Numbered from the stretch's first letter, positions 26,195 to 39,930 are shown. The stretch: 64,000 bases of DNA from Carcharhinus amblyrhynchos (GCA_965287045.1 OZ336878.1:53134001-53198000); one strand, 5' to 3'. The notes: generated from the letters alone by a model not told the origin. A program made the numbers and translations.

Positions 26195-26304
26195 CTGCGA
26201 GGTTAAAATCAGACGCAAGAGATAATCTATTGTGATTGCCAGTATTATAAATCTCTTCCCATTTGTCAGACTAAGAACACACATTTTTTTCTTTATAAGA
26301 TTAC

Positions 26305-26770
26305 ACCCCCCCCCCCCCCAATAACTGACCTCGCTACTAGGGGAAATGGCATTCCTGCCTACTCTATGTCAGCCACTCACAATCTTGTACACCTCAATTA
26401 AGTCACCCCTCAGTTTTCTCTGTTCTAAGAAAAATAACCCCAGGCTATCCAATTTTTCTTCATAGCTACACTTTTTAAACCTCGGCAACATTCTTGGAAA
26501 TCTCCTCTGTGCCCTCTCCAGAACAGTTATCACTATTCTAATGAAGCAGCCAGAACTGTACACTGAATTCCAGCTGTGGCCTAACCAGCGTTATATACAG
26601 TTCCATCATTACATCGCTGCTTTTGTATTCAATAACTTGTCCAATAAAGAAAAGCATTCCATATGCTTGCTTTATCACCTTATCTGTCTATCCTGCCCCC
26701 TTCAGGGACCTATATATGCACGTCAAAATCTTTCATTTCTTCCAAATCTCTCATTTATTGTGCATTCCCC
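26305..26770 (-). mobile_element. Degraded CR1 RT C-terminal fragment
   Basis: LERAQRRFPRMLP...LRGDLIEVYKI. Confidence 0.8.
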
Positions 26771-27208
26771 TTTCTAATAAAATGATAAGGAACATTTATG
26801 ATTCAATAGGTTAGTTTATCATTTGCTACACAACTGAGGCATACAAACTATGAAGGCATGAGTTTGATATTCTTCCTTCCTGATTCCAAGAGCACAGAAA
26901 CCATTAAGCTACCTGAAATGCATGATCATCCTAGTCTATTCCGATAACTCGCAATTCCATTCCCAACCAGATACGTATCCAGCTCTTTGAACATCGATGT
27001 GAAGTTTACCGCACCAGTATGTGTGAATGTTAAACATACATTCTTGCTTTCATGGGTCTCTGAGATGTAATGACACAGCTAACAGTTAAAGTCCACTATT
27101 CAGTTATTCACAACACACAATAAACTGGCAGGTCAGGTTATTGTACCTCAAATATCCACTGTATTTTACAATATTTTGCTCAGCAATTTCTTGCCTTCCT
27201 GTTCTTAC

Positions 27209-27420
27209 CTTGGATCCATTGATTTCCAAAAAAGCAGCATTAACACAGGATTGGACAATAGACTCCATCCTCTGAACCAATATTCTGCCCTCCATAATTT
27301 GTTGCTGAAGTGCATTGTAGTCATTAATGTGTCCAATCACATGACATCCTTTCTTCTTGGTAAACTCGTCATCTATTACAGAACAGGAGATCTGGCTCAT
27401 GGAATCACAGAGGTAACCAC
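27209..27420 (-). CDS. PDE4DIP: Myomegalin exon
   Basis: ...GCHVIGHINDYNALQQQIMEGRILVQRM... (human HVIGHIDDYSALREQIAEG); 212 nt; phase 1 to 0. Confidence 0.93.
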
Positions 27421-28479
27421 CTAAAATAATGGGGAAAATGCCACATGGACCTCAGTTCAAATTTAAAGAATTGTAGTTTGAAACTATTGAAACAACTTAC
27501 TTAAAATAGTTAAAATAACACAGAAATTTCACACAAACAGAACCAATTAATTAAAAATGCTGCGCAGAATAATTTCTACCCTCTAATGCAGTGCCCCTCA
27601 AACTGAAGGTCATGGATCCACTGGAATTGCGAGATGAGATTCTGGAGTTGAGTTCTGCAGCCTCGACTGAACATAAATAGCTGCAAAGAGCCTTTAAACA
27701 CTTGTTTTTTTTTCAAAAAGATGGCTGATGATTGAGACCTGATCTCTGCAACAAGAAACCCACTAAAAAGCTAAGTTTAAAAAAATATGTGGAGCTTAAT
27801 ACTCTGCTGTTTCCACGGTACCCCCCCCATACCACAAACATACACACATAATCACTCCTCCACAGGTCTAAATGTAGCTGAACATTTCAAGGTCCCCATT
27901 GTCAACCTTAGGTTGCTGAACTCCTCAGCCTAAAAAGTTGCCACTTGTGGAAAGTGGTTCCAACAGCAAATTGCAAGGAATTAAATGGAGGAAATATGTG
28001 ATTTGTATGTATGTATGATGCATCCACTTGTGAGTGAGAACACTGACTGTCCTTGAGCTAAGTATACAGGAAATGTAAGGAGTGTAAAGGGAGGTAGAGC
28101 TGGAGTGAGCATGCGCCAGAGGAATTTCCCAGCCTTGTGCATTGCAGATGCAACAAAACTTCAGTGTGATATCCAACCCAAAATGTCCTTCTGGTGATTT
28201 GCCCCATCTAGTGGTGCAGCCTCACAATAGGCTCACTTCCATCCGTGTAAAGGAGTACAGATTTTCTAACGAGCTCTTTTTTTTTTAAACAACAGTGTTG
28301 ACCTATTTAAAATTGAATGAATAGTTTCAGGATTAAACAGCAACAACTGGAAAATGTACGCTGATCAATAAATCCTGCTGCTAGTTCTTAAGTTACCAAG
28401 CAACATCTGTAATGTTATAGTATTCAAAGATACATCACTGCTGTAGGGGAATCACTGATTATTGCATTGTTTCATACAT

Positions 28480-29850
28480 GAATATAGACATCACTGGCAA
28501 GGTCATCATTTCTTGCCCACCCTGAATTGCCATTGAGAATGTGGTGGTGAGCTGCCTTCTTGAACCACCATATTTCAAATGGTGTGGTGCTCCCACTGTG
28601 CTGGCAGTTAGGGAGTTCCAGAATTTTGACACAGCGGCAGTAAAGAAACAGCAATATAGTTCCAAGTCAGGATGGTGCTTTACTTGGAAGAAAATTTGCA
28701 GATGTTGGTATTCCCATATGTTACCTTTGTTCTTCTAGGTGCTAGATGTCACAGTTTTGGAAGATTTTGACGAAGGAACCTTGGTGAGATACTGAAGTGC
28801 ATCTTGTAGATGGTACACACAAAGTGTTGCTATACACTGGTCCTTCATCTTGGGATTCATTCTTGTAAATCTTTTCTGCATCCTCCCTAAATTCTTGATC
28901 ATTCCTAAAGTGTGATGCTCAGAATTGGACACAATACTCCAGTTGTAGTTGAATCAGTGTTCTATAAAGGTTCATTGTAATTTCCATGCTTTTGTATTCT
29001 ACACCTCTATTTATAAAGGCATCCCATATGCCTTTTGAACCACTTTCTCAACTCACCCTGCCATTTACAATTTGTGCACATATGCTCCAAGGTGTCTCTG
29101 TTTTTGCACTGTTGTTAGAAATGTATCTTCTAGTTCATATCGCCTCTTTTTATTCCCCCCACAAAAATGTATCACTTTGCATTTCTCTATAATATTTCAT
29201 CTGCCATGTGTCCATCCATTCCTACAACCTGTCCATGTCCTTTTGAAGTCTATCACCAACATCCCCACAGATTACAATACTTCCAAAGTTTGTATCATCT
29301 GCAAGTTCTTAAATCGTGCCTGTTACATCCAAGTCTAAGCCATTGATATGCATCAAGAAAAGCAGTGGTTCTAGTATCAACACTTGAGTAAATCACTGTA
29401 CACCTCCCTCTTAAATGAAAAACAACCATTCATCACTACTTGTTGTCTGGACTTGACTGAAATTTGTATTCATGCAGCTACTGTTCCTTTTATTCCATAG
29501 GAAACAACTTTGCTGGCAAAATTATTATGCAGCACTTCATCAAACACCTTTTGGAAATCCAGATACACCACATAGGTCCTGTTTCCTCATGAAAAACGCA
29601 ATCAAATTAGTTAAATATGATTTGCCTTTTAACAAATGCTTTCTGGCATTCCTTGATTAATCCACCTTTGTTGAAGTGACTGCTAATTTTGCCCTGGATT
29701 ATCATTTTATCACTGAGGTTAAGCTAATTGGCCTCAATTTGCTAGGTTTATCTTTACACTTTTTTTTGGACAAGGGTGTAACATATGCAATTTTCTGAGT
29801 CATCAACAGTTCCCTGCATCTAAGGCAGATTGCAAAATTTTGATAAGTAC
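28480..29850 (-). mobile_element. Two adjacent degraded LINE fragments (3' tail family at 28480-28840; CR1 RT at 28840-29850)
   Basis: VTPLSKK...RPISLTSV, DFQKVFD and FADDT remnants. The tail segment resembles 38500-39150. Confidence 0.7.
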
Positions 29851-30063
29851 ACCCTAACTCTGCCAATTTCCAATCATATTGCGACCAGAGGGTCAACAAG
29901 TAAGGAGATCGACGCATAGCAGAAACAAAGAACATATTAAATAATGAGACATTGAACAAAGGGATAACTAACAGGCAACTAGATAAAGAACAGGTGAAGA
30001 AATCGTCAAAAGTTTAGTTAATCTAAGGACAGCAAAGAAGTGACAAACAAAGCTATAAATTAC

Positions 30064-30180
30064 CGTGTCGGTCTGATTTATCTTCCATATTAAAATCTTC
30101 CACTGGCGAAGTTGTCTTTGGGTGCAGTTGGAATGGCAGAAATAAACCAGTGTCTCTAACAGGTGGTGATGGCACACAAT
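30064..30180 (-). CDS. PDE4DIP: Myomegalin exon
   Basis: DCVPSPPVRDTGLFLPFQLHPKTTSPVEDFNMEDKSDRH; conserved SPPVRD; 117 nt; phase 1-1. Confidence 0.9.
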
Positions 30181-30961
30181 CTGCAAAGGATTATCAGTGG
30201 AGAAAAGGAGAAAACTGGATATGTATAATTTTCCAATAACAAGATCAACATTTATCTTAATATCATTTATTAGTTGATTTATCGAGAAAGCTTTTAATAA
30301 ATAATTTTTAAGAACGATGCAGGCATCATTAGAGAACTATCAAATTGCCAACTAGTAAGATGTCAATATGGCTAAAAGTTAAAATAATGTGAGATAAGCC
30401 TTTGCTTCAATGGTGATGATCACATTCAGGGCTTGGAATTAATTTATCTTGTAAATTCTAACAGAACAACCAAGTGTTTTCTGGAATAATTTTACTACAA
30501 CTAGGCAACATATCTTGTGCTGTATTACATTATCTTTTAACAAGGGGTGACATCAATTGTGTACATTAATGGGTGTCTTGTAGGTAAGAGTTGAATGCTG
30601 GACTCTGAAGCAGGAAGCTGAGTCAGGTGTATTTACCCAACCTTCGATTGGTTCTTGCTCAGACTGCTACTCAAATTTTGTTTGAAATAAAAGAGAATAC
30701 AGTTGAAGTTGTTGAACTTGAATCTCATCCCTTTGTAGATATTCATGGTGAAACATTAATTACAGCTATGAAGCAGTCTGGTCATTTATCTCACCTTCCT
30801 GGCTGAATATCTTGGATGCCGAATGATTAATGAGATGGGGACAACTGAGTAATTTTAGGAACTTCTTTTCAAGCCCAGTCTTTGTATTTGAGGCTCTCAA
30901 CTGCCAGATTATTTATTTTAGGTAGTTTTGTTACTGTTAGAGTTTCTCTGACTAATTAACG

Positions 30962-31165
30962 TGATGTGGAGTTGCCGGCGTTGGACTGGGGTAGGCACAA
31001 TAAGTAGTCTGATAACATCAGGTTAAAGTCCAACAGGTTTATTTGTTAGCAGAAGCTTTTGGAGCACTGCTCCTTCACTCACCTGATGAAGGAGCAGCGC
31101 TCTGAAAGCTCGTGCTACCAAATAAATCTGTTGGACTTTAACCTGGTGTTGTGAAACTTCTTTCT
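30962..31165. mobile_element. Penelope-like element termini in inverted (palindromic) arrangement
   Basis: Arms at about 31003-31077 and 31087-31161 are imperfect reverse complements; contains a hammerhead core. Confidence 0.7.
31080..31114 (+). ncRNA. Minimal type I hammerhead ribozyme motif
   Basis: CAC-CUGAUGA-A-GGAGC-agc-GCUCU-GAAA-GC-UC-GUG: stem I CAC/GUG, core CUGAUGA and GAAA, stem II, palindromic AGCU in place of stem III. Activity not shown. Confidence 0.6.
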
Positions 31166-31796
31166 GTAATTAACACGAGGCAAGGTTATATGGCATAATG
31201 TGACTTAAGTGATGCCAACCTTTCCCTATATTGAGCAGAGTAACTCTGTCATTTGATAAACCACTGTATTAGCAGAATAAATAATTCTTTTCCAACCAAA
31301 GAACCATGACGATCTGACTGGAAACTCAAGCAGAGATTTAATTAGTTAAGCCACATGGTAACTTCCAGTGCCTTTAGATTACCACAGTATCTATCCTGTG
31401 ATAAGATTTCACATGAAGGCAAGTCTCAATTTTATCAATTGAGATGTGAACTTTAGCTAGTTCATCAATTATACTGGGTACCTGCGATACCTCTATACTT
31501 TAATCACACCAGGGAGCCATCAAAATTGGGCAAAGCAATTTGACATTTACAGGGAGAAATGGAACTGTAAGGAAAATGTTAATCAGTATTTTAAGTTTCC
31601 AATATGAATTAAATTGTTTAACCGTCCTGACCCTTTATGCTCACAAAGGCTTTAGGCTAATTACAGGTGAATTGCTCTTGGTGAAGGAAGTTTGCAGATT
31701 GAGGCTGCCAAACTTCCAGCTCCCATTCAGAGAAAACTGGTAATGAAATGACTGCTAATTCTCCTTTTTAAATATTTCTACTTATAGAATCTTAAG

Positions 31797-33223
31797 ATGT
31801 GGTTCCTATTTTCAAGAAAGGGAACAGGGATAGCCCGGGAAATTACCGACCGGTGAGTCTGACCTCAGTGGTTGGTAAGTTGATGGAGAGGCTTCTGAGG
31901 GACAAGATTTATGAGCATTTGGAGAAGTTTAGAATGATCAGAAATAGTCAACATGGTTTTGTCAAGGGCAGATCGTGCCTTACGAGCCTAGTTGAGTTCT
32001 TTGAGAATGTGACTGAGCACGTTGACGAAGGAAAAGCGGTAGACGTGGTTTACATGGACTTCAGCAAGGCGTTTGATAAGGTCCCCCATGCAAGACTTCT
32101 TGAGAAGGTGAGAGGGCATGGGATCCAGGGGGCTTTGGCCTTGTGGATCCAGAACTTGCTTGCCTGCAGAAGGCAGAGAGTGGTTGTGGATGGGTCTTCT
32201 TCTGCATGGAGGTCGGTCACCAGTGGAGTGCCCCAGGGATCTGTTCTAGGACCCTTGCTGTTTGTCATTTTCATAAATGACCTGGATGAGGAAGTGGAGG
32301 GATGGGTTAGCAAGTTCGCAGACGATACGAAGGTTGGTGGTGTTGTGGTGTTGTGGATGGTCTGGAGGGATGTCAGAAGTTGCAGCGGGACATAGATAGG
32401 ATGCAAGACTGGGTGGAGAAGTGGCAGATGGACTTCAACGCAGATAAATGTGTAGTGGTCCATTTTGGCAGGACCAATGGGATGAGGGAATACAATATCA
32501 AGGGTAGGAGTCTTAGCTGTGTTGAAGACCAGAGGGACCTTGGGGTCCGGGTCCATAGGACTCTTAAACCGGCCTCGCAGGTGGAGGATGTGGTCAAGAA
32601 GGCGTATGGTGTACTGGCCTTCATTAATCGAGGGATTGAGTTTAGGAGTCGGGAGGTAATGCTGCAACTTTATAGGACCCTTGTCAGACCCCACTTGGAG
32701 TACTGTGTGCAGTTCTGGTCGCCTCACTATAGGAAGGACGTGGAAGCTATTGAAAGGGTGCAGAGGAGATTTACAAGGATGTTGCCTGGATTGGGAGGCA
32801 TGCCTTATGAAGATAGGTTGAGGGAGCTGGTACTCTTCTCCCTGGAGAGACAAAGGTTGAGAGGCGACCTGATAGAGGTTTGTAAGATGTTGAGAGGAAT
32901 AGATAGGGTGGATTCTCGGAGGCTATTTCCCAGGGCTGAAATGGTTGCTACGAGAGGACACAGATTTAAGGTGCAGGGAAGCAAGTACAGAGGAGATGTT
33001 AGGGGTAAGTTTTTCACTGAGGGTGGTGAGTGAATGGAATTGGCTGCCGTCAGTGGTGGCGGAGGCAAACTCGCTGGGGTCTTTTAAAAGACTTCTGGAT
33101 GAGTATATGGGATCTAATGGGATTGGGGGTTATAGATAGGTCTATGGCTTAGTAGGTATACAAGTGATCGGCGCAACTAGTGGGCCGAAGGGCCTGTTTG
33201 TGCTGTAGTGTTCTATGTTCTAT
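31797..33223 (+). mobile_element. Young 5'-truncated CR1 LINE with complete RT domain, frameshifted
   Basis: ORFs 31799-32395 and 32353-33033 ([23 protein letters not shown]). An 8-nt tgttgtgg duplication near 32345 breaks the frame; tail ttctatgttctat. Confidence 0.97.
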
Positions 33224-33672
33224 ATAACATGATGGTAAATCATGATAAAATATGCCGTTGTAAGTGTCATGATACAACTGTGCAATTTGTCGAGCATATC
33301 TCTCCATCTCCAACAAAATAGGACCCAACCGAAAGGCTACAATTATTTTCAAGGTATTATCGATAAATACGTTAAGAATACAAAGTTCATAACTGTATTA
33401 ACATTAACTTAGACTTCGTTGGCATGCAAATGATTTAAGTGAATGCTGCTTCAAAATTTTACATTTCAGTTAGAAGCAGAGGAGAATTAAAATAGAAGGA
33501 GAAATTGAGCACGTTCCTCAGCCAATCAAATGAATTTATGGAAATCAAAGCTTTACTCTGACCATTATCTCCCTACCCTAGCCTTTTACTATTCATTAGG
33601 ACACCATACTACTTCTCACTGCATTGACTTTAATCTCTCTTTACTTATCCATTGCATTTCTAATGGTCTCAC

Positions 33673-33900
33673 CCTGGAACACCTGTTTACTATTGTGTTC
33701 ACTGGATGAGGTCAAATGATTGATATTGAGGCTGGCTGGTTGATGTTCATCTATCTGTTCCTTCAGCTGTTTCCGTAGGCAGCCATTGGTGTGGATACTG
33801 TGCTCCAGCTGAATGCGGAGGCTTCTGATTTGTGTCAGGAAATCACTGATGTCAAAGGTGCAGGGCCCGCCACCATGGTGCTGAACATTTCCTGAGTAAA
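33673..33900 (-). CDS. PDE4DIP: Myomegalin exon
   Basis: VYSGNVQHH...IRSLRIQLEHSIHTNGCLRKQL...SKQVFQ; 228 nt; phase 1-1. Confidence 0.9.
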
Positions 33901-34381
33901 CTGAGAAGGGAAAATTGTTACTCATTAAAATTGTAATTTTCTTCATTTATTTCACTACATCCGGTGTTTATAATGGAATGTAGTCTGGGCCTTTGTGATT
34001 GAAGAAGGATGCTTAAATGTTATTTTCTAAAAATGATATGAAAAGAAATCATTTTTACACAGGAATTGTAATCTGGAATGCAATGCCTGATGGGGTGGAG
34101 AGAGCAGATTTAATTGTGGCTTTTCAGTGGGATTTGGATGAGTACCAAAAAAGCTATTTGTTGGGCAGTGGGGAAAGGGCCAGGGAATGAGACTAGTTAA
34201 ATTGTTCTTCCAGAGAGCCAGCATGGGCTCACTGGGCTAAATAGGTCCCTTATGTGAATCTAAGGCTGGTTACAGCAATGGGATTAGTTCAGGAACCTAA
34301 AATTATCTGCCACTGGTTTTTAGAATGGTTGAATTGCAGGAATGACAGCCTTTCATGCTGGTGAGATGGTGCAGTTCCTAC

Positions 34382-34503
34382 CTTGGAAAGGCTTCTTTTT
34401 CCCATACAGCCTCTCATACAGTTGAAGCTCAGACTGGAGAGAATGAAGTAGCTGGTGGCTTTCATTTAGCTGTTGTTGGAGCATAGTCATCTCCTGTATC
34501 AGC
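34382..34503 (-). CDS. PDE4DIP: Myomegalin exon
   Basis: LIQEMTMLQQQLNESHQLLHSLQSELQLYERLYGKKKPFQ (human SLQSELQIYEALYG); phase 2 to 1. Not in the ORF track. Confidence 0.92.
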
Positions 34504-35469
34504 CTGGGCAGATGAATAAAGCAGACATGTCATAAGAGGGAAAATAAAATGTGTTAACATGGTTCTATAAATCGCTCACATCCTGGAGGAAGATTTCCTT
34601 TGTCTTATTTTCAGAAAAATTATAAATGTTCCTTATAAATAGGATTATGATTTTTGTATCTAACACACACACAGGAAAGTTTCACCATGTTGCTCACAAA
34701 GCTAAGATAATCTTTTTCAGTGGGATCTTCAATGAATGTAATTCCCAAAACACAGACTAATTCAATTTGTCAGTAGTGGTGTTGGGGGATGGTGTGTGTA
34801 TAAGGTCATTGTCCTATCAGCTGGTTTAATTACACTGATGGCATGCTATTATTCTGTTTCAGAAAATACCAGCATGTGGCACTTAATAAAGAATGTCACT
34901 GTGCTTTGCTTTCCTATCACCGTTGGCTTATAAAGGCTCCAACCAAGTGAGCAGAGGTTAGATGCAAGTAAAGCTCCTTCTACTCTCCAACAAAGAATCT
35001 CAATTCCACCTCAGAAAACAAAGTACCATTTCTTTCCGCATACCAACTATTGTTATCTTCACTCCCAATTTCTTTTTACCAAATTGGTGAAAATTCTGTA
35101 TTATGGACTGATATCCACTAAGAATTGGATGGAGGCTATCTAGATGCATTTTCATTAGCACCTTTACAGTTTGCAGGAAAAGATTTCATACACCCATGAG
35201 TCAGTTGAGAACTCAAATTCATAACCTGTAAAGGAAGGACCGTCTTCAAACTAAAACATCCAATTCCCTCAAACAGTGCATCTCAAATTAGGCAATGCAC
35301 AAGACATACTCTTGATAATAATACAACCAGCAATTATTTATTAAGGAACTCGTAAAGCAGGAGGATTGTATCGATGGGTCCAGCTCCATGTCATGCAGCC
35401 ACTTGGCCATCAGAATGGTCATCACTGACCTATGCATAAATTAGAAAAATAGAAGATTGGTCTCCATAC

Positions 35470-35659
35470 CTATTGCTTTTGTTTTGGCTGCATTGCTGTT
35501 CTTCTCTCAGCTGTATTGCTTCCTCCTGTCTGTCCCTGACTTCAGCCTGCAAGCTGTTGTTCTCTTCTCTCCACTGATCCAGTTCTTTCTCCAAGAGCTT
35601 ATATCTCGCCCTGGTTGTTAAGAGACTCTCTCTCAGTTGCTCCATCTCTTTGGCCTGCT
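35470..35659 (-). CDS. PDE4DIP: Myomegalin exon (coiled coil)
   Basis: EQAKEMEQLRESLLTTRARYKLLEKELDQW...QNKSNR; 190 nt; phase 1 to 2. Confidence 0.92.
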
Positions 35660-36296
35660 CTATGGAGTTAAAATAAAACATACAAGTTCAGAACAAATGA
35701 TACTTTCCCTGGTTGAAAATGTTAAAATAACTATTGTTTATGAATATTTTATATGAAGTTGTAAATTTTACTTTTAGCCAAAAACAAAACGACTTGCAGT
35801 GATTGAATAATGTAAAAAAAATTCCAAAATGCTTCACTGAGGACATATGAGGAAAATGTACTTCAATGCAAAGGAGGAGGAATTAGGAAATTTGACTAAA
35901 AACTTGATCAAAGAGATAGGTTTTATGAAGAATCTTAAATGCAATGCAGACACTTTGGGCTAACATGATGACATACAGTGGCATGCTATTACAGTGAACT
36001 CTACCAGATCGAAGGACAAGGACAGCAAAACCACCACCCCCATGTTCCACTCCAAGCTACACACCACCCTGACTTGGAATTATATTGCCCTCTTTTGAGT
36101 CAAAATCCTGGAACTCCCTTTCTAATAGTACTGTGGCTGTTCCTAAATCATATGGCCTACAGCCATTCAAGAACAGGCTGACACCATCTTCTCAAGGACA
36201 AATAGCCACATCCTACGAAGGGATAAAAAAGTATCAATTTTACTAATATAGTTTTGCCAAATTATATATACTGTTCATTCAATGATTTACATTATA

Positions 36297-38097
36297 TATA
36301 AGAACATAAGAAATAGGAGCAGGAGTAGGCCATCTGAACCTTCGAGCCTGCCCCGCCATTCAATAAGATCATGGCTGATCTGTCGTGGTTCAGTTCCACA
36401 TTCCCGCCCTCTCCCCATAACCCTTAATCCCCTCTCTTATCAAAAACCCATCAACCCGCGTCTTAAAATTATTTAGCGAGGTAGCCTCCACCACTTCAAC
36501 AGGCAGAGAATTCCAGAGATTCACCACCCTTTGAGTGAAGAAGTTCCTCCTCAACTCCGTTCTAAACCGCTCCCCCTTTATCTTGAGGCTGTGCCCCCTA
36601 GTCCTACTGTCCTTTCTGAGCAGGAAGAGTCTCTCCACCTCTATCCTATCCATCCCTTTCATCATCTTATATGTCTCAATGAGATCTCCCCTCATTCTTC
36701 TAAACTCTAACGAGTACAAGCCTAGTTTATTCAGCCTCTCCTCATAGCTCAACCCCCTCAACTCCGGCATCAGCCTAGTAAACCTCCTCTGCACTCCCTC
36801 CAAGGCCAAAATATCCTTGCATAAGTACGGCGCCCAAAACTGCACACAGTACTCCAGCTGCGGCCTCACCAATGCCCTATATAGCCGCAGCAAGACCTCC
36901 CTACTTTTATATTCAATCCCCCTCGCTATGAAGGCCAGCATCCCATTCGCCTTCCTGACCACCTGCTGCACCTGCAAGCTGGGTTTTTGCGACTCATGCA
37001 CAAGACCTCGAGGTCCCTCTGCACCATCGCCTGCTGCAGTTTTTCTCCACGTAAGTAATAATCCTTCCTACCATTATTCCTACCAAAGTGGACCACCTCG
37101 CACTTGCCAACATTAAATTCCATTTGCCATTTCCTGGCCCATTCGCCCAGCCTATCTAGATCCTTCTGCAGACTCTCCACACCCTCCGCGCAATTTGCCG
37201 TTCCACCAATCTTGGTGTCATCAGCAAATTTCGACACCATACACTTGGCTCCCTCCTCCAGATCATCTATATAAGTGGTAAATAGCTGAGGCCCCAGCAC
37301 CGATCCCTGCGGCACTCCACTAGTCACCAACCGCCAATCCGAATAGCACCCATTGACCCCCACTCTCTGCCTCCTATTTGACAACCGGTCCTCTATCCAC
37401 GCTAACACCCTACCCCCAACTCCATGTCCCCTGACCTTCTGCAATAACCTCTTGTGAGGTACCTTGTCAAACATCTTCTGAAAATCCAGAAAGACCACAT
37501 CCACCGGCTCTCCTCTATCCACCGCCCTAGACACATCCTCATAGAACTCCAATAAATTTGTCAGACACGACTTCCCCTTAACGAAACCGTGCTACGTCTG
37601 CTCTATCAAGCAATTCCCCTCAAGATGCCTCGCTATTTCCTCCTTGATGACGGATTCTAACATTTTACCTACAACAGACGTCAAACTAACCGGCCTATAA
37701 TTCCCCGCCTTTTGCCTGGCACCCTTCTTAATCAACGGCGTAACATTAGCCGCTTTCCAATCTTCCGGCACTTCCCCGGAATCCAGCGACATCTGGAAAA
37801 TAACCACCAAGGCATCCACTATCACCTCCGCCATTTCTTTCAGAACCCTCGGATGTATTCCATCCGGTCCTGGGGACTTGTCCACAATCAGCCCCTCCAG
37901 TCTGTCGAGCACCGCCTCTCTAGTAACAGTAATGTCATTGAGACCCTCCAGTCCTACCACCTTTCCATCTCTAACACCCGGCAAATTATTCACGTCCTCC
38001 TCCGTGAAGACCGAAACAAAAAAGTTATTCAAGACCTCAGCCATTTCCCCATCCCCTACCACTAAGTCCCCCTTCTCATCCTCTAAGGGTCCAACGT
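36297..38097 (-). mobile_element. Young 5'-truncated CR1 LINE
   Basis: ORFs 37592-38230, 36926-37552 and 36390-37001 give a near-continuous ORF2 ([28 protein letters not shown]); tail tatgttctt. Confidence 0.97.
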
Positions 38098-38499
38098 AGC
38101 AATGCTGGCCGGCATTCATTGACACTTTAAGCAGTTGATTAAGAAATTCCTCAGCCTCTACTTTGTCACAAGCTTGGATCTTGGTGCATGAAGCAAACAC
38201 CCGAATGGAGGTACTCAGTAGCAAACACAAGCCAAAAGTTAAAAGTTGGGATTTTCTAAGGAGCTAGCAAACTTACTGCCTCTAAAGTAACAGATAACAA
38301 ACATTTCTTGAGGTAGTTTTCTGCATTTCTGGCAAAAGTAGAATTACGCCACTTACATTACAGCACAGCCACTCAATTCAGTGAGCCACCAGCAGCAGCA
38401 CACCAAAGTGAATGGAGCAGGGCTTGAGAATAATAAATATCCGTACAAAAGCAAAGTTTGGTATTCTGAAGAAGGAAATTAATAAGAAAGTGCCTGTTA

Positions 38500-39150
38500 T
38501 TCATCACCATCAACATTCTGGGGGTTACCCCTAACCATAAACTGAACTAGTCATAAAAATACTGTGGCTACAAGAGCAGCTTAGAGACTAGAAATCCTGT
38601 GGAGAGTAAGTCATCTCCTGACCTTCCAAAATCTGTCCATTCCTGAAGGCACTGGTCAGGAGTGTAATGGAATTCTCTCCACTTGCCTGGATGAGTGCAG
38701 TTCAAACAACACTCGAGAAACTTGACACCGTTAAGGACAAAGCAGTCCATTTGATTGGCATCCATCCATAAACATTCATTCCCTCCACAAGCAGTGGCAA
38801 CAGTGTGTACTATCTATAGATGCACTGCAGGAACTCGCCAAAGCTTTCAAATTAGCACCTTCCAAATCCATGACCACAACCATCTAGGAAGACAAGGGCA
38901 GCTGACACATGGGAACACCTGGGAGTTCCCCTACAAGCTGGTCATCATCTTGATTTGGAAATACATCACTGTTCCATCACAGTCACTGGGTCACAATTCT
39001 GGAACTCCTTTCGTAACAGCGCTGTTGGTTAATCTACTGCACATGGACTACAGCAGTTTAAGACAGCAACTCATCACCTTCTCGTTGGCAATTAGGGATG
39101 GGGAATAAATGCTGGCCTAGCCAGCTACACCCACATCCTGTAAAAATGAA
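38500..39150 (+). mobile_element. Degraded LINE 3' end of a different family
   Basis: RSVMEFSPLAW-like remnant and tail aataaatgctggcctagccagc...cccacatcc. Related pieces at 28480-28840 and 35975-36225. Confidence 0.7.
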
Positions 39151-39930
39151 TTTTAAAAAAGGTTGTCCTATTTTTAGATTATGTACAAGTTTAATCCAGT
39201 CCTCTTCCTTTGGCACCAAATCTGTCTTTCAGGGATTTATTAAACTGGGAATCTGATCATTTTCCTTTTGACTGTTAAAACAAATCCAAGTAGGTGTCCA
39301 GTCTTAATGACCAATAGAGGAAAGTAAGTGGAGAAACTTTCTTTCCAACATTCTATAGCTCAGCATTTGTGCCATTCTTTTTGTAACAGTGAAGGTAAAA
39401 TGTCAGCAACTAAAAACAGGATCATACATATAAAACTGAGGAACACAAATCCAAGGTTACACAGTGTAAAATTTTGCTCTGAAAAGCACAGTTGTTGCTT
39501 TAAGAGAGTTCCTTAGAAGAACTAAAGGATTGGCTGGAACTGGTGAAATAAGTAATTATATATGGCAGATGAAAACATAGGCAGGATCAGAGTACATGGC
39601 CCAAAATGTTGAGGCCTATCAGTTCTTCCGTGGAACTTTTTTAAGGTAACAATTGCTCTTTTCAGCTCAAAATTTTGCATGGTGGAACTGTAAATTTGAC
39701 TTCCTCAATGACGCTGCCCTCACCACGTGCTTTCAAATAACTTTTAAGGAAGGATTGTGAATTTTTTTCAACAAGTAATGATCCGCCAAACAAATTTTAA
39801 GATCAAGTCACTTTGAAATGCACAAATTTTGGGACTGCAACTTCAGTAGTGGGTTGCTAATTACTAAGAAAAACAGGAACTATTCATTTTTCTTTAAAAG
39901 AGGAATGTTATCCCTCAGTCAGCGTCTCAC

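Noticed and set aside
32050-32853. 267-aa antisense ORF
   Set aside because: Lies wholly on the opposite strand of a CR1 RT; shadow ORF with no recognisable domain.
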